Part shown: positions 24,316 to 35,914 of the stretch, one piece after another
How positions within the stretch are numbered: the first letter of the stretch is position 1
How the letters are laid out: every line of letters starts with the position of its first letter
Position numbers and translations under genes: made by a program
Notes under the pieces: generated by a model
The model's database searches: none
Seen by the model: only the letters and a program-made list of their open reading frames with translations
Told to the model about the DNA's origin: nothing
Source: Massalongia carnosa
Lineage: Eukaryota
Length of the DNA stretch: 64,000 nt
NCBI GenBank assembly: GCA_965645245.1
Contig: OZ287070.1
Coordinates: forward strand, 1,426,001 to 1,490,000
Direction of reading: 5' to 3'

Positions 24316-25795
24316 ATGATGAATTCACTTAATCAGCAAAACGCGTTTTTGAATGAACATAGCGAAAAGAAGGAAAGCTTGCGTGAGAAATCCAAGGAGT
24401 ATCTTGATCGTGTGGGCACTGTGGGTGACCCGGTGGCGTTACAGTTGCTGAAAAATTCAGCGGAGCTTTTGCAAGCGCAAAAGCAGATCGACGACGAAGT
24501 TGCAAAGGCGCCCAATATCCTCAATGACACTCTACAATCTATTCAACAAACACTGACACGCATAGAACAGAAGGATACAACTCCCCAAAGCTACGCCGCT
24601 GCCGCCACGGGGCGAGGTCGTGATGGACCCGCACCCCCAGCGAAGAAAAATGTCAAGTCCCAACCGACTTCAAAGGACAAAACACCTACACCGAAGGAAG
24701 CGCGACGCGCTCGAGAAATCACTGTTCACATAACGGAGAATGCAGATAAGGAAAAAATAAAGCTGATGCCAACCAAAGAGCTGGTAGAAACATTGCAAAA
24801 TGGAGCGGAAGGAATACGAGGAGTGTCGCGCTTGTTAAATGGCGACATAAGGATTCACACGGAGTCATTGGAGGCAAAGAAAATTCTGCAGGAAAAGACC
24901 GACTGGACCCGCATGATGGCCGCCTCCGCAGCGGTGAATACTCGTACCTTCACTGTAAGGGCAAATGGAATCAGGGTGGAAAACATCAAGGTGGCCAATC
25001 AATTAACTGCTATCGCGTACCTGCAGGCCGCCAACGCACGCCTGTATCCTGACCTCAAGATCATCAAAGTAGCTTGGTCAGTCAAGGCCATCAGGGAGAA
25101 GAAAGCATACTCCACGCTACACATGGAGGTCGCTACCGCCGAGATGGCCAACCGGCTCATCACCGAGGGTCTGATGGAGGACTACGAAATAAAAGACTGT
25201 GAGCGTTTTACACGCGGTTGCACCATGACCCAATGCTTCAATTGTCAGAAATATGGCCACATAGGTAGATCATGTCGCAATCCCGCCGCTTGTGGTCACT
25301 GTGCCGGTGGACATCAAAGTAAAGAATGCAACTTGGAGACAACGGGGCAATACCGTCGATGTGCCGTATGCGGAGAGAAGGGACACGAGGCGTGGTCTAC
25401 AGCATGCAAAATCAGAAAGGCTGAAAAGCGAAAAACTGAAATTGCTATGCAAAACCGCGCTCCACTATACACAATCGAGTCACAATCGCCCTCATTCCAG
25501 TTTCACGGAGCGCCGACACTCGCAGCTACACAAACGAACGAAATTCGACAACATGGAAGATTGTGAACGGCAAGAAAAGAAAAATGCACAACGCGGGGCT
25601 CTCAGCCGATTTATCACCGGGCTTCCCCGAGGAGAGCAAGTATCAACCTGGGCTAATATAGGCATTATGAATCCTGAAAACATGATCAAAGCCTTAGCAA
25701 AACCAGCGCTAGGTAGACCCCGCGCAGAATCCGTAGTAACGACAGGTACCCAGGCCACCCCAGTCACAGTGGTCGAAACCATGGAAATCCTATGA
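24316..25795 (+). pseudogene. LINE ORF1 (gag-like), with probable frameshifts near its 3' end
   Basis: CFNCQKYGHIGRSC, CGHCAGGHQSKEC, CAVCGEKGHEAWSTAC; main frame stops at 25566, and a downstream frame ends at a TGA overlapping the ORF2 ATG. Confidence 0.8.
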
Positions 25796-28700
25796 GGGAC
25801 ACAAAATCCCTCTCGATATTGCAGTATAATGTCAGAAATGACAGAGTGAGTACTATGATACCCCTCTTAGCAGACACAAACACCCAGGACTATGATATCA
25901 TTGCAATACAGGAGCCGTGGCGCAACCCATCCGCCCCCACATCGCTCAGTTCACATCAAAGTGGCTTTCACCTTATATACCGCCCAGGAGGCGACACCAG
26001 AGTGTGCTTCTATATCAACGATTCAATAGACACTGACAGCTGGGAAGTAGAATTTCCCTCGGCCGACATGTGCACGCTAAAAATAGAAACATGCACCGAA
26101 GGCGTAGCGGAGGTGATCAATATACACAACGTATACAATCCCTCCCCTGCCTCCTATTCGTCCACTGACAGCCCCTCCACTCTATCGACCGCTCGGAGCA
26201 TGCTAACCCAAGGCGTGCATCATATCCTGATTGGTGATTTCAATCTGCATCATCCATTTTGGAACGGTCCTTCAAGACCCACACAACATGCTCCAGCTGA
26301 TCAATTGTTAGATATCATCGATGAATTCAATCTCTCGCTAACATTGCCGAAAGGCACCGTAACATGGGAAGCAAGAAACACGTTTAGCACGATCGATCTA
26401 GTTTTCATGTCAGAATATCTAGTTGAAAGACTTGAACACTGCATGACCAGACCAGAATTAAATCAATCGTCCGATCACGACCGATATCAACCCGCATCCT
26501 ACTCGGTAGTGAGTCGCAACCAAAAAGTAAACGCAGGGCATGGAAACTTCTAAATTTGGAAAAATTAAGGGAAGCCGAGCGCCACGCACCTCCACCGACG
26601 TCTCCCTGCACACCTGCCGAGATCGATACGTACACAGAATCGATTCAAAAATTCCTACAAAATGTCATCAATGCAGCCGTTCCATGGGCGAAACCTAGCG
26701 AATATGCTAAGCCTTTCTGGACAGAAGAATGCAATATTGCCACCAAAGCCACACGAAAATTACGCCGCATATGGTCTGACACACGCGATCCAGCGGACTG
26801 GTCCAACTACATGAAATCTAATGACAAGAAACAGAAAATTATCCAAAAAGCAAATAGGTCAAGTTTTCGTCAAGAGATCAGTAAGGCTACCGAAACGCCT
26901 CAGGGTCTGTGGCGGCTAGCGAAATGGGCCAAAGACAAAAGTCACTCAGCTAAAGAAGTACCCAAAATGCCGACTTTAAAGTTCAATGATCAAATAGCAG
27001 ACACGTTTGATGAGAAAGCCGAAATGCTGAAAAGCATTTTCTTTCCCGCACCACCACCGGCCGACTTAAGCGATATAGAAGGATCCTTCTATCCAGCATC
27101 GCCGCACTGTCCAATGATCATCACCAGGTCAGAAGTGTCGAAGGCACTGCATCGGCTCAAGTCCGATAAAGCACCGGGTCCTGACGGCATATCTAATAGA
27201 GTACTCAAGGCATGCGCGGAAAAACTTGTTGAACTATTAACACCTCTGTTTCAGGCGTGCGTTACACTTTCGTACCATCCCCGAGCCTTCAAAATGGCAA
27301 ACACAATAGCATTAAGAAAAATAGACAAAGGGAATTACACCACTCCAAAGGCTTACCGACCAATTGCATTACTCAACACGCTCAGCAAAGTAATGGAATC
27401 TATCATAGGATCAAAAATAACCTATTTAGCGGAAACACATCGGCTCCTACCCGACACACAGATGGGAGCGAGAAAGGGCAGATCTACAGAATCAGCTCTG
27501 GAGTTGTTAACCGAACAGGTTCACACGATTTGGGGACAAGGAAAAGATAAAGTAGCCACACTTTTAAGCATGGACGTTGCCGGCGCGTTTGATACAGTTT
27601 CACATCAAAGACTAACGCATTATCTACGTAAAAGAAAAATCCCGAAATGGATTACTGATTGGTTAAACAGCTTTTTAAATGATCGTAGCACAACTCTAGC
27701 TATAAATCGAAAAGCGACCGGACGATTCGCGGTGAGAACTGGCATACCACAGGGCTCCCCTCTCTCATCCATCCTTTATCTATTCTATAATGCAGACCTA
27801 TTGGAAATATGTGAGCGACCAGGCACAAACACAAGTGCCATAGGATTTGTAGACGATGCCAATATTTTGGCATACGGAAAAAGCACTGAAGAGAATTGCA
27901 AGACTCTGGAGTCAATACACAGACAATGCGAAAAGTGGGCTTCCCGACACGGATCTCTATTCGCTCCGACGAAGTACGAACTCATTCACTTGTCTAGAAA
28001 TCCCAAAAGATTCAATATGGCTGCATCTATCAACATTGCAAGCACCGAAATTGAACCAAAAACGGACATTAGAGTCTTAGGCTTGCAAATTGACACCAAA
28101 TTGAAATGGGGACCGCACGTTCGCAAAACGCAAAAGAAAATGGTTAAACAATCCATGGCATTGACAAAAATCTCCACATCGACTTGGGGTGCCACCTTCA
28201 CCAAAGCAAGGCAAGTTTACAGCGCCGTAGTGCGTCCGGTCATGACATACGGGTCAACCGTATGGCACATGCCCAAAGAAGTCAAAAAGTCAAAAACGTC
28301 AACGAGCAAGCTCTCCGTTATGCAAAACAACTGCCTTCGCACCATAGCCGGTGCCTTTAAAGCCACTCCCATTCCAGTTCTTGAAGCAGAGACATACATA
28401 GCACCCATAGATGTACACCTCGACACGCTACAGGCGCAGGCCAGACATCGACTTCGAGCTGGAGGTCAATCGAAGGTCATTTCTTCCGCATGCAGCAAAA
28501 TAGTTAATAAACTCCGAGGCAAGGCAGGTCGCAAACGCCTTCAAAAATCCACTCCGGGAGAGCTGAAGCACATCTGGGCCAAAAACCTACTGATCGACGC
28601 AAAAATCGTTCAACCACCTAAAGCACACCCACCATGGTCCGACCCCTCCCCAGCGCATCTCCGCGAAGTCTCCGTAGCAGCGTTGGCTCGTCAAAAACAA

Positions 28701-29150
28701 ATGCAGACAATTAAATCACGACAGCTGAAAGTCTGGAACGACTTGTGGAGCGCATATCAAAATCGCGTCGCCGAACCCTCCATAGCGCAATCAGTCCCAC
28801 TGAGCAAAAAACGACTGAAAATACACACGCTGCTAAAAAAGGCAGAAAGCGCCCTGACAACACAGATCCGCACCGGTAAGATCGGTCTAGCTGACTTCCT
28901 CTACCAGCGACGGGTCCCCGCCGTCACCTCACCGGCCTGCCCATGTGGCTGGCACAGACAAACTCCAGAACACGTAATTATGTTCTGTAGACTTATTGAC
29001 AATAGAGAACAGATGTTTCGCGCCGCTGGCACGAACAACTATCAACAGCTGACCGAAACATCAAAAACTCTAAAGATATTAACTACTTGGCTAATGAAAA
29101 CAGGTCTACTGACCCAATTCTCACTGGCATCTACACTATTGTACAATTGA
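25792..29150 (+). pseudogene. LINE ORF2 (AP endonuclease + reverse transcriptase + C-terminal CCHC), one frameshift near 26480
   Basis: ILQYN, IAIQEP, GDFNLHH, SDH, KAPGPDG, YRPIALL, GIPQGSPLS, FVDD, CPCGWHRQTPEHVIMFC; no RNase H visible. Confidence 0.92.
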
Positions 29151-29344
29151 CAGTAGTTTCACTTCTCTTTTCCTTCTTATCTCACAAGGCGTCACAGTTC
29201 TCACATGATTTTCGCTCTGCGTCTCCTGTCCGACGTCGACCCGGTGTCACATCGGACAGGTATCAAGGGTATTGTAATTGAAGCTCTGCTGGCATAGTAA
29301 AAAGCTCACTTTTGAAACGATTGATATTTCTATCTACCTATCTA

Positions 29345-29695
29345 AGGACCGTGTTTATATAGATAGAAAAACATGCCGAAAACCGTTCTCCCTATGACTC
29401 ACCTTCCTGCTTCCTAGAAATCTAAGATTGGTGATTGACTCATATCCAATTTATGACTCGATGGGAATGTTCATAGAAGTTTTGCGGTGCTTCTCGAGGT
29501 CGTTATGTGTTGCCTAATGTTCTTACCAACGCACTAATCCCAATGCGGTACTATGTGACTCTGAACACTTTACTAGGCATCAGCCGGGTGACTTTGCACA
29601 TTACAACAAAGGGATATGGTTTTTACACCTGAAAAAGGGTTTCCATGTAACATAACTTAGATAGCTTTGCCCGCACCGGCCTACGGCCGGTGACA
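29345..29695 (-). mobile_element. Probable truncated LTR (U3 part)
   Basis: Minus strand begins TGTCACCGGCCGTAGGCCGGTG and has CTATATAAA just before the LINE tail; the other end and TSD are absent. Confidence 0.4.
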
Positions 29696-29996
29696 TATCG
29701 GAGTATGAATACATCATCATCATCATAACGTTTGAACTGATAAAATTTCTGCTTACTAATCATCATTTCTTGATGACTAATTTTCAGGATTTTCAGAATT
29801 TTCAAATGTGTTTAAAACGTCTAAAAAACATGTTTAAAAATGACATAAAAAATCGACCGGGTCGAACGGGTCAAACGGGTTAACCCGGGAACGGTTCCCT
29901 AACCCAGCGGGTTGAGCCCTACAGGTTCCCCAACCCGGTAGCGGGTCGGGTTCGACTAGTCAAAACCCGACCCAACCCGACCCGTTGCGCGGCGTA
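29696..29996. mobile_element. Terminal fragment of a hAT-like DNA transposon
   Basis: Dense subterminal CGGGT/ACCCG repeats at ~29855-29985 ending in ...CCCGTTGCGCGGCGTA, the same terminus as the adjacent MITE. Superfamily inferred from repeat architecture only. Confidence 0.6.
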
Positions 29997-29998
29997 TC

Positions 29999-30140
29999 TA
30001 CGCCGCCCAACGGGTTGGGTTTTCGCCACAAAATTGCTTTTTCGCCACCGGGTTTTTCTCTGAAACTCACCAAAAATCATAGGGTTCGCCACAGACAGGT
30101 TAGGTTTTCACTGGAGAAACCCAACCCGTTGCGCGGCGTA
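29999..30140. mobile_element. 142-bp MITE
   Basis: 24-bp terminal inverted repeats TACGCCGC(C/G)CAACGGGTTGGGTTT with 1 mismatch; no credible coding capacity. Confidence 0.88.
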
Positions 30141-30180
30141 TCTCGATCCTTTTCGATTTCTTCTCGTCTTCTTCTTCTAT

Positions 30181-30628
30181 TGTCAAGGACTGGGCAGGGG
30201 ATTGAACTAATGTTCCTAGGAATTGGATTGGGTGATCAAGATGTCTTTATTAATAAGGCTATAGCTAGGTGATGGATTGCTATACAAGACGTCGGACAAG
30301 GAGTCAACTATCTAATTAACTTGTCCTTCCTTTTATACTTGTCTCGAACCCCTTTGCATGAAGATTCGATCAGTGTTCATCTCCCCCTATTAGGAGACGT
30401 ACGGCACGAAGTTTTGACGAGGTCTTTGACGATAAAAGGTGGAGATGAGGTTCTCCTGTCGTTGGTACGCTTTGATGGTGATGGTACAGCTTTGACCTGA
30501 AGCCGTTGAGAGGGGTCTAAACTCGATTTAGTTAATGAGATTCTGACTAAGCTGAATAGAGGAACGGGAGCTTAGTCAGATTCATCTGCGGGATTGATTC
30601 TGGATCGGGTTGGTTCGATTTCATGACA
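30181..30628 (-). mobile_element. Solo LTR B (448 bp)
   Basis: TGTCA...TGACA termini; TSD TCTAT (30176-30180 and 30629-30633); TATAAAA on the minus strand at 30331-30337. Confidence 0.9.
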
Positions 30629-30633
30629 TCTAT

Positions 30634-30963
30634 GAAATAGTTTATAATTCTGAACAAGCAGATGATTCCTCTGCTTTGCGTGTGTAATCTCGAACGAATT
30701 TAATTGTTGAATGTTCATGTATAGATGATGATGATGATAATAATCGTTAATTTATCAGTTATTAATATAGAATTTTATTTATTTATTTAAAGATATCAAC
30801 AAGATTTGTAAATACAACGTTATAAAATTAGTAAGCTTTCGCGTTAAATTTACGAAAATCATCGATTTAGTCAAACGAATTTTAGTCAAAATCCGTAAAG
30901 GTTACGGATTTCGACTGATCGGGTCCAATCTCAGGCGAAAATTCCACCCGTTACGCGAGGTTA
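30634..30963. mobile_element. AT-rich decayed end of a second hAT-like element
   Basis: Ends CCACCCGTTACGCGAGGTTA, resembling the CCCGTTGCGCGGCGTA terminus; only one end is visible. Confidence 0.4.
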
Positions 30964-31005
30964 CATAGTCGATATTCCGTCATTTAGAAACAGTCATATT
31001 AAATC

Positions 31006-31905
31006 ATGTCCTCATTAACCCTGCCCAACATTTTTTCCTCAGCTTTGCTGTCTTCAATCCAGAGGCAACCAAAACTGCCGCGGGACTCATGGTACTTCAT
31101 CGCCGGTGTGACTTTGTCCGTTCTAAACCGACCCGATGAAATACCCAAAGTATTCAATCACGCCTTGACGAGAGGCGGAGACCGCGCTGAAGCCCCCCCA
31201 AGATACGATGAACAATTGCGGATTGTACGCAAAATGAGAGAGGCTTTGATTAAGGCTGCCCCCATTGGAGGTTTGCCGAAGGTATGTATGTCTATTCACT
31301 TTGATTCCTTTCGAACCTCTGGAAACTAAACTATCTTTGTCATATAAGACAATCAATGCCCTCCTCGCGCTTAAAACCGTCACACCCGCAATCCTACTTG
31401 ACAATCCCGTGACTCATTCTCCAACATCGAGAGCGGCGGAGATTCAGGAAATCCACCCTTCGACTATCCTGCATCGGGGCGAGGTATTTTTTGATAAGCT
31501 CTACGGCAAAGTGTCCAAACGGGTTATGGATCAGATGAATTTTTGTGGTACCGAAGACCTCGGCGTTACAGCCCGTCTGATATATGGGTATATATTGAGT
31601 AATACAAGCGTCCTTACTGCCAATGAAAGCAGTTTTGTTATCCTTGCAGGCCTTATACCGCAAGATGTGGGTAGTGCAACCTGCCATGTAATCCGAATTG
31701 GAAGGACTCTATTAATCATTTGGAGTAGGTGAATCCTCAGCTGAAAGGGCATCTCCAAGGTGCGTTGAATACCGGTGCTACGGTTGAGGAAGTGAAGGCT
31801 GTGCGCGAGATTGTGATTCGCATCTGCAAAGCCTCGGGCATGACAACAATTGGTGGATCTGTTCCGGCTGGCTGGGGTTGGAGAGACCCCGTCGCTAATC
31901 TGTAG
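31006..31905 (+). CDS. AhpD/carboxymuconolactone decarboxylase-like protein, putatively peroxisomal; exons 31006-31281, 31349-31666, 31729-31905
   Basis: MREALIKAAPIGGLPK-TINAL, LIPQD-VNPQLKGHLQGALNTGATVEEV; GT-AG introns keep the frame; C-terminus ANL is PTS1-like. Confidence 0.8.
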
Positions 31906-34900
31906 CTTGTACTATGTAAATGCGAAATTAGCGGAATTGCCCCAACCTTCAGAAATCCGTCCTGGTAAATTTGGACTAAGTTTAAGCAGTTGTCTCGTCT
32001 TCCCATACTCTTGAATCAGACTTGATATTTGGAACCACTGCCGATATGAGGCCACTCTTCCACAGTTGTGCTCGGTACAAATTTTAATTACGTATCTTCG
32101 TTATACAACAGCTTATGATGAAATTTAATGTGTTAACTTCGCTCAAACAGGCCTTTGTTTCCACTCAGGTCCTTCTAAGACGTGGTTCATTGGTTTCTTC
32201 GATTTGCTGTTGCAACTCTGATACGCTCTTTTGATTTCGAAGTCCACTTAATCATCTGCTGGGTATCCAAACATATATGCCTGATAATAGAGGGCATTAT
32301 TCGTACGCGTATTTCATCAGGGAATAAGTCCGACAGCATGAAGAGAAAATATGATTAGCAATTATTCAAGAGATTGAGAAAAATAGAAATTCCTAGCGCA
32401 CATGAGATTATCACAAATGTTATCAATGAGAGCTTGGAAAGGCTTTAGCTTGAGAGGCCTTCTCGATTGTCCGTAGCAAACATCAATTGAATTCGTTCAA
32501 GATAGTCAGTGTATTGATGTAATGGTGTTGCCTATCAATGTTTCCTTCTGATGTCACTATACATACACTATAGGTTAATTTTTTTTATGACAGCAATGTA
32601 GAAACCAATACGCAATGATACGTGAATCTTTTGATTTGAAGTACCAAAGTAATATCAGCATCATAACTGGTTTCATTCAAATGACTCTATAAATTGTACT
32701 CTACCTGTCAAATCATGGTTATTCTTAGTTCGCAGAATTTGCGAAAATTGCAACGCAGTCTAAGATCATTTTGCAATCGCCTCATAGTCAGTTGACTATG
32801 ATGATTGGACATGGGAGTCTTAGTTCCATCTCAAACGGTATATTCTTTCCTTGTTAGAACTTCTCTAACGAATAGTTCGAAGGCATGCTTCATAGAAATG
32901 CTAAGGTATCCCTGAGCTGGTAAATACAATAGACGATGAAGAGTGTAAGCTTCGCTGCAACATGCAAATGCCATTTCGTGTCAGTCGATAGCAATTCTTC
33001 GCAACATTCAGGGATGTTGCTGCAGGGCAATGAACAAATCGATGGTCCGTTCTGCCACAAGATTGCGAACTGATGAGAAAGCTTGGGATTGGTAAATTCC
33101 GTACAGAGTCTGAGGAAAGACAAGATCGGAGTACATTGATGACGCTATTTGTTCATGCCATTAAGGCGGTGAGCTAGCAGTGTCGGCAACCCCGAAGCAG
33201 CTATGTGTTTTCAAACGTGGAGGTGGAATGATGCTAGCGTACTAAATCTCTGTTTGCTCCAATCACAATCATCTTTTCAAAGGTACGTACCTGATTAGTT
33301 TATTAGGAACTGTAATCGAAGGCTTCTTTTACAATAAACTATTCGTACGGGCTTACCGACGGTAAGTCACATAACCCTGCAAATGGTTGAGCACTACTCC
33401 TGCCTAATAGTTTAGGCTTGCCAACAACAGGCCAATGAACAGCAAGGAACCGCGATGAGAAACCCAAACCTTCCATGAACCCGGTGAGTTTCCGACCGAT
33501 GCACCTCCGCCTTGATAACATGATAACCCGTGGCTTACAAACTGGTTGTCACCCCGTACAATAACTATTACTCTACGTATCGGCTTATTTAAGATTCAAC
33601 GATTGGTATCTTTCCTCTACCGTAACAGTTACAGGTCCAAGTGGATTCGGTTTCTTGCGGGGGTTAACTTAGATATGAAGGATATCACCGTGGAGCGAAT
33701 CAAACACCATTCAAGCACATCTGCGTAAGTGAGTTGAAACAGAAGCGTATTACGTGCATTATAGCCGGCACCCGACCAGCAGTAACGTACCTAGTACCAG
33801 ATCTCGTCGATCTTCCCAGCCCTATTGTTAAAGGAAAACACAGGGCGGACCCAGGGGGAGGGTATCGGGTTAAGGTTTCGCACACGTGGAAGATCATTAC
33901 CTCCCTGATCCAATGGGGGCGAGAAGGTAAGTCCAAAACCAAAAGTAGGGAGCACTGTTGTGCCTCCGCTGATTGGACTAATCAAGGAAATCATGCATCC
34001 TCGTCGCCGAAAGCCTTGTGAACCTGATCGCTTTCAACCGCCTCTAAGACATGTGAAACTGAAAGCCTACGGCAAAGCCGTTTGATCAGCAGATATCATG
34101 TTGATGCGCCTATAACAGAAATGAAGCTATCTCGCAGACAAAATCATTACATCCAAAATTTAATATGCTATGTTCTGCAAACCACGCGTGTAGAACGTCA
34201 ATCACGTGGAGTGGGCAAGCGTGGTTAAGACTTGAACAGCAGGGAAGACGATAAGAGAAGAGAGATAAACTTGGCACACATAATCTAATTTTTGGTAGGC
34301 GCCGCGAGTAGGCTTCGCTGCAGAGTGATTGTACATTTGTACTCCATACTCTCATTTATAACCTCGTACTCCACGAGTCAAACGCGTTCCGAAGCCAAAA
34401 ACACCAATTCTCTCACACACCGTCTCTCGAAAAATTAATTCTTCGAGCTATCAAAGGCAAAGATAGCATAGACAATGCTCAAGTCCTTGGCATTTTTCTC
34501 AAGATTCGGAACAATTATACATGTGACGCATCTAGACTTTTGATCGTATGTATAGAGTACAGAGCACGTATCAGGAATTTCTACCGTGGCGGAGCCTTGT
34601 TACAGAGTACTAACACCTGCATACTCTGTAGAGAAGGTTTCTGACTGCGGTCAGTCCCGACCGCCAACGCTAGGCTGGTTCCCGAAATAGTGGTCAAGGA
34701 TGGAAATCATACGATCCGTCAGCCTTGCTGCACGCTTTTTGACGCTTGATTCGTGGATTAAATAAGCTCTGCTAACCCAAATAGGGCTGAAAACCGAAAG
34801 CCGGACGCTTTAGGTAAAGACCCGTAAATAAGGATCTTATGGGAAGTAAGGCATTCTCGACTCACCGCTCTCAATGAAAGGCAGTCCAGAACGAACCGTT

Positions 34901-35914
34901 TGAGAATTTACATGCTTAGTTTGGGACTGCATCATCCGAACGTCATGTCAGTAGACAGATGCACACACTGAGTGCTTCCGAATGCTGTTGAGCTCTTGGT
35001 TTACTGTGAAGGGCATCTTTTCAATGCAACTCTAAGAGTGATCAGTGCCGACAAAACTCAGGTGAGGGTTTTGTTCCGTCAGGTACGGAGTACGGGGTAC
35101 TCGCTATCACAATCAGATCATGCCTCCAAAGCGGGGGAGGGGCAAGCAGACGATTTTGATTGGTTCGCTAACTGTCGTTCTCATCGGTGTTATGTCCATT
35201 TTAGGCCGCAATCCCCCTACTCAATATATCCCTGCATGCATAGGGCAGAGGCCCTTGTCATCTATTTCCATACTGCACGAAGAAGAGAGAGGTACATGCT
35301 CTGATGCTTCACATATCAACGCAACAATATTCTGTAATTATAAATTTTACGCTACCTAAACTTACGCAACCAATCCATCAGTGTCCACCAGAAAACGCGC
35401 ACTAAAGAACCCAGAGTCTACATCTGAGTAATACTAATAACAATATAGGCTTAACTTCTTCTTATATTACTCCTCACTCCATTCTTGCTACACATTCCTC
35501 CTTTCGATTATGATTGTTACTTACACCTTACTACGCAACAACCTCACTCCTCTATTTGCGACCCAACTTAATATGCATCCACTTGGTTCACGGTTCTCAT
35601 AATTATCAAGCATTCCCCCCCATTTCCGCTCCCACTTCCAACATCGGTCCTTCAAAAGCAGTATAGATCCTTTCGCCAGCTTCGAGTACCTGAAACGGTC
35701 CCTATCCATCGATAACTCGCTGACATCAATACTTGTTGAATATTTCTCCTGCGCTGCCCTGAGTTCTGTTCGCAACCAAGGGCTCTTGGTATGTTCCCAC
35801 TTATGTCTAACTTTGGGCTTATGCAATAGCTAAACTAACGCTGTAACAGTCCCTGTGGAGTAGACTTTCAGCGTATCTTGCCTCGCCTCAGGGCGCCTTT
35901 GTGACACGTGGGGT

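Larger units (their letters stand above)
24176..29344 (+). mobile_element. Tad1-like LINE (non-LTR retrotransposon), near full length, frameshifted
   Basis: ORF1 with three CCHC knuckles, ORF2 APE-RT-CCHC, 3' tail (TCTA)4 with one mismatch at 29329-29344. The 5' boundary is approximate; no TSD found. Confidence 0.92.

Noticed and set aside
29674..29692. Perfect hairpin CACCGGCC-TAC-GGCCGGTG as a Helitron 3' end
   Set aside because: No properly placed CTRR terminus or Rep/helicase sequence; fits better as the start of an LTR (TGTCA...).
29855..29990. CRISPR-like or telomere-like repeat array (AACCC/CGGGT)
   Set aside because: Irregular short repeats in both orientations, no constant repeat-spacer period, no TTAGGG array, eukaryotic context; they are subterminal transposon repeats.
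32000..35400. Short ORFs or a possible decayed gene in the long intergenic region
   Set aside because: No recognisable domain or consistent exon chain; treated as upstream region of the transcription factor.
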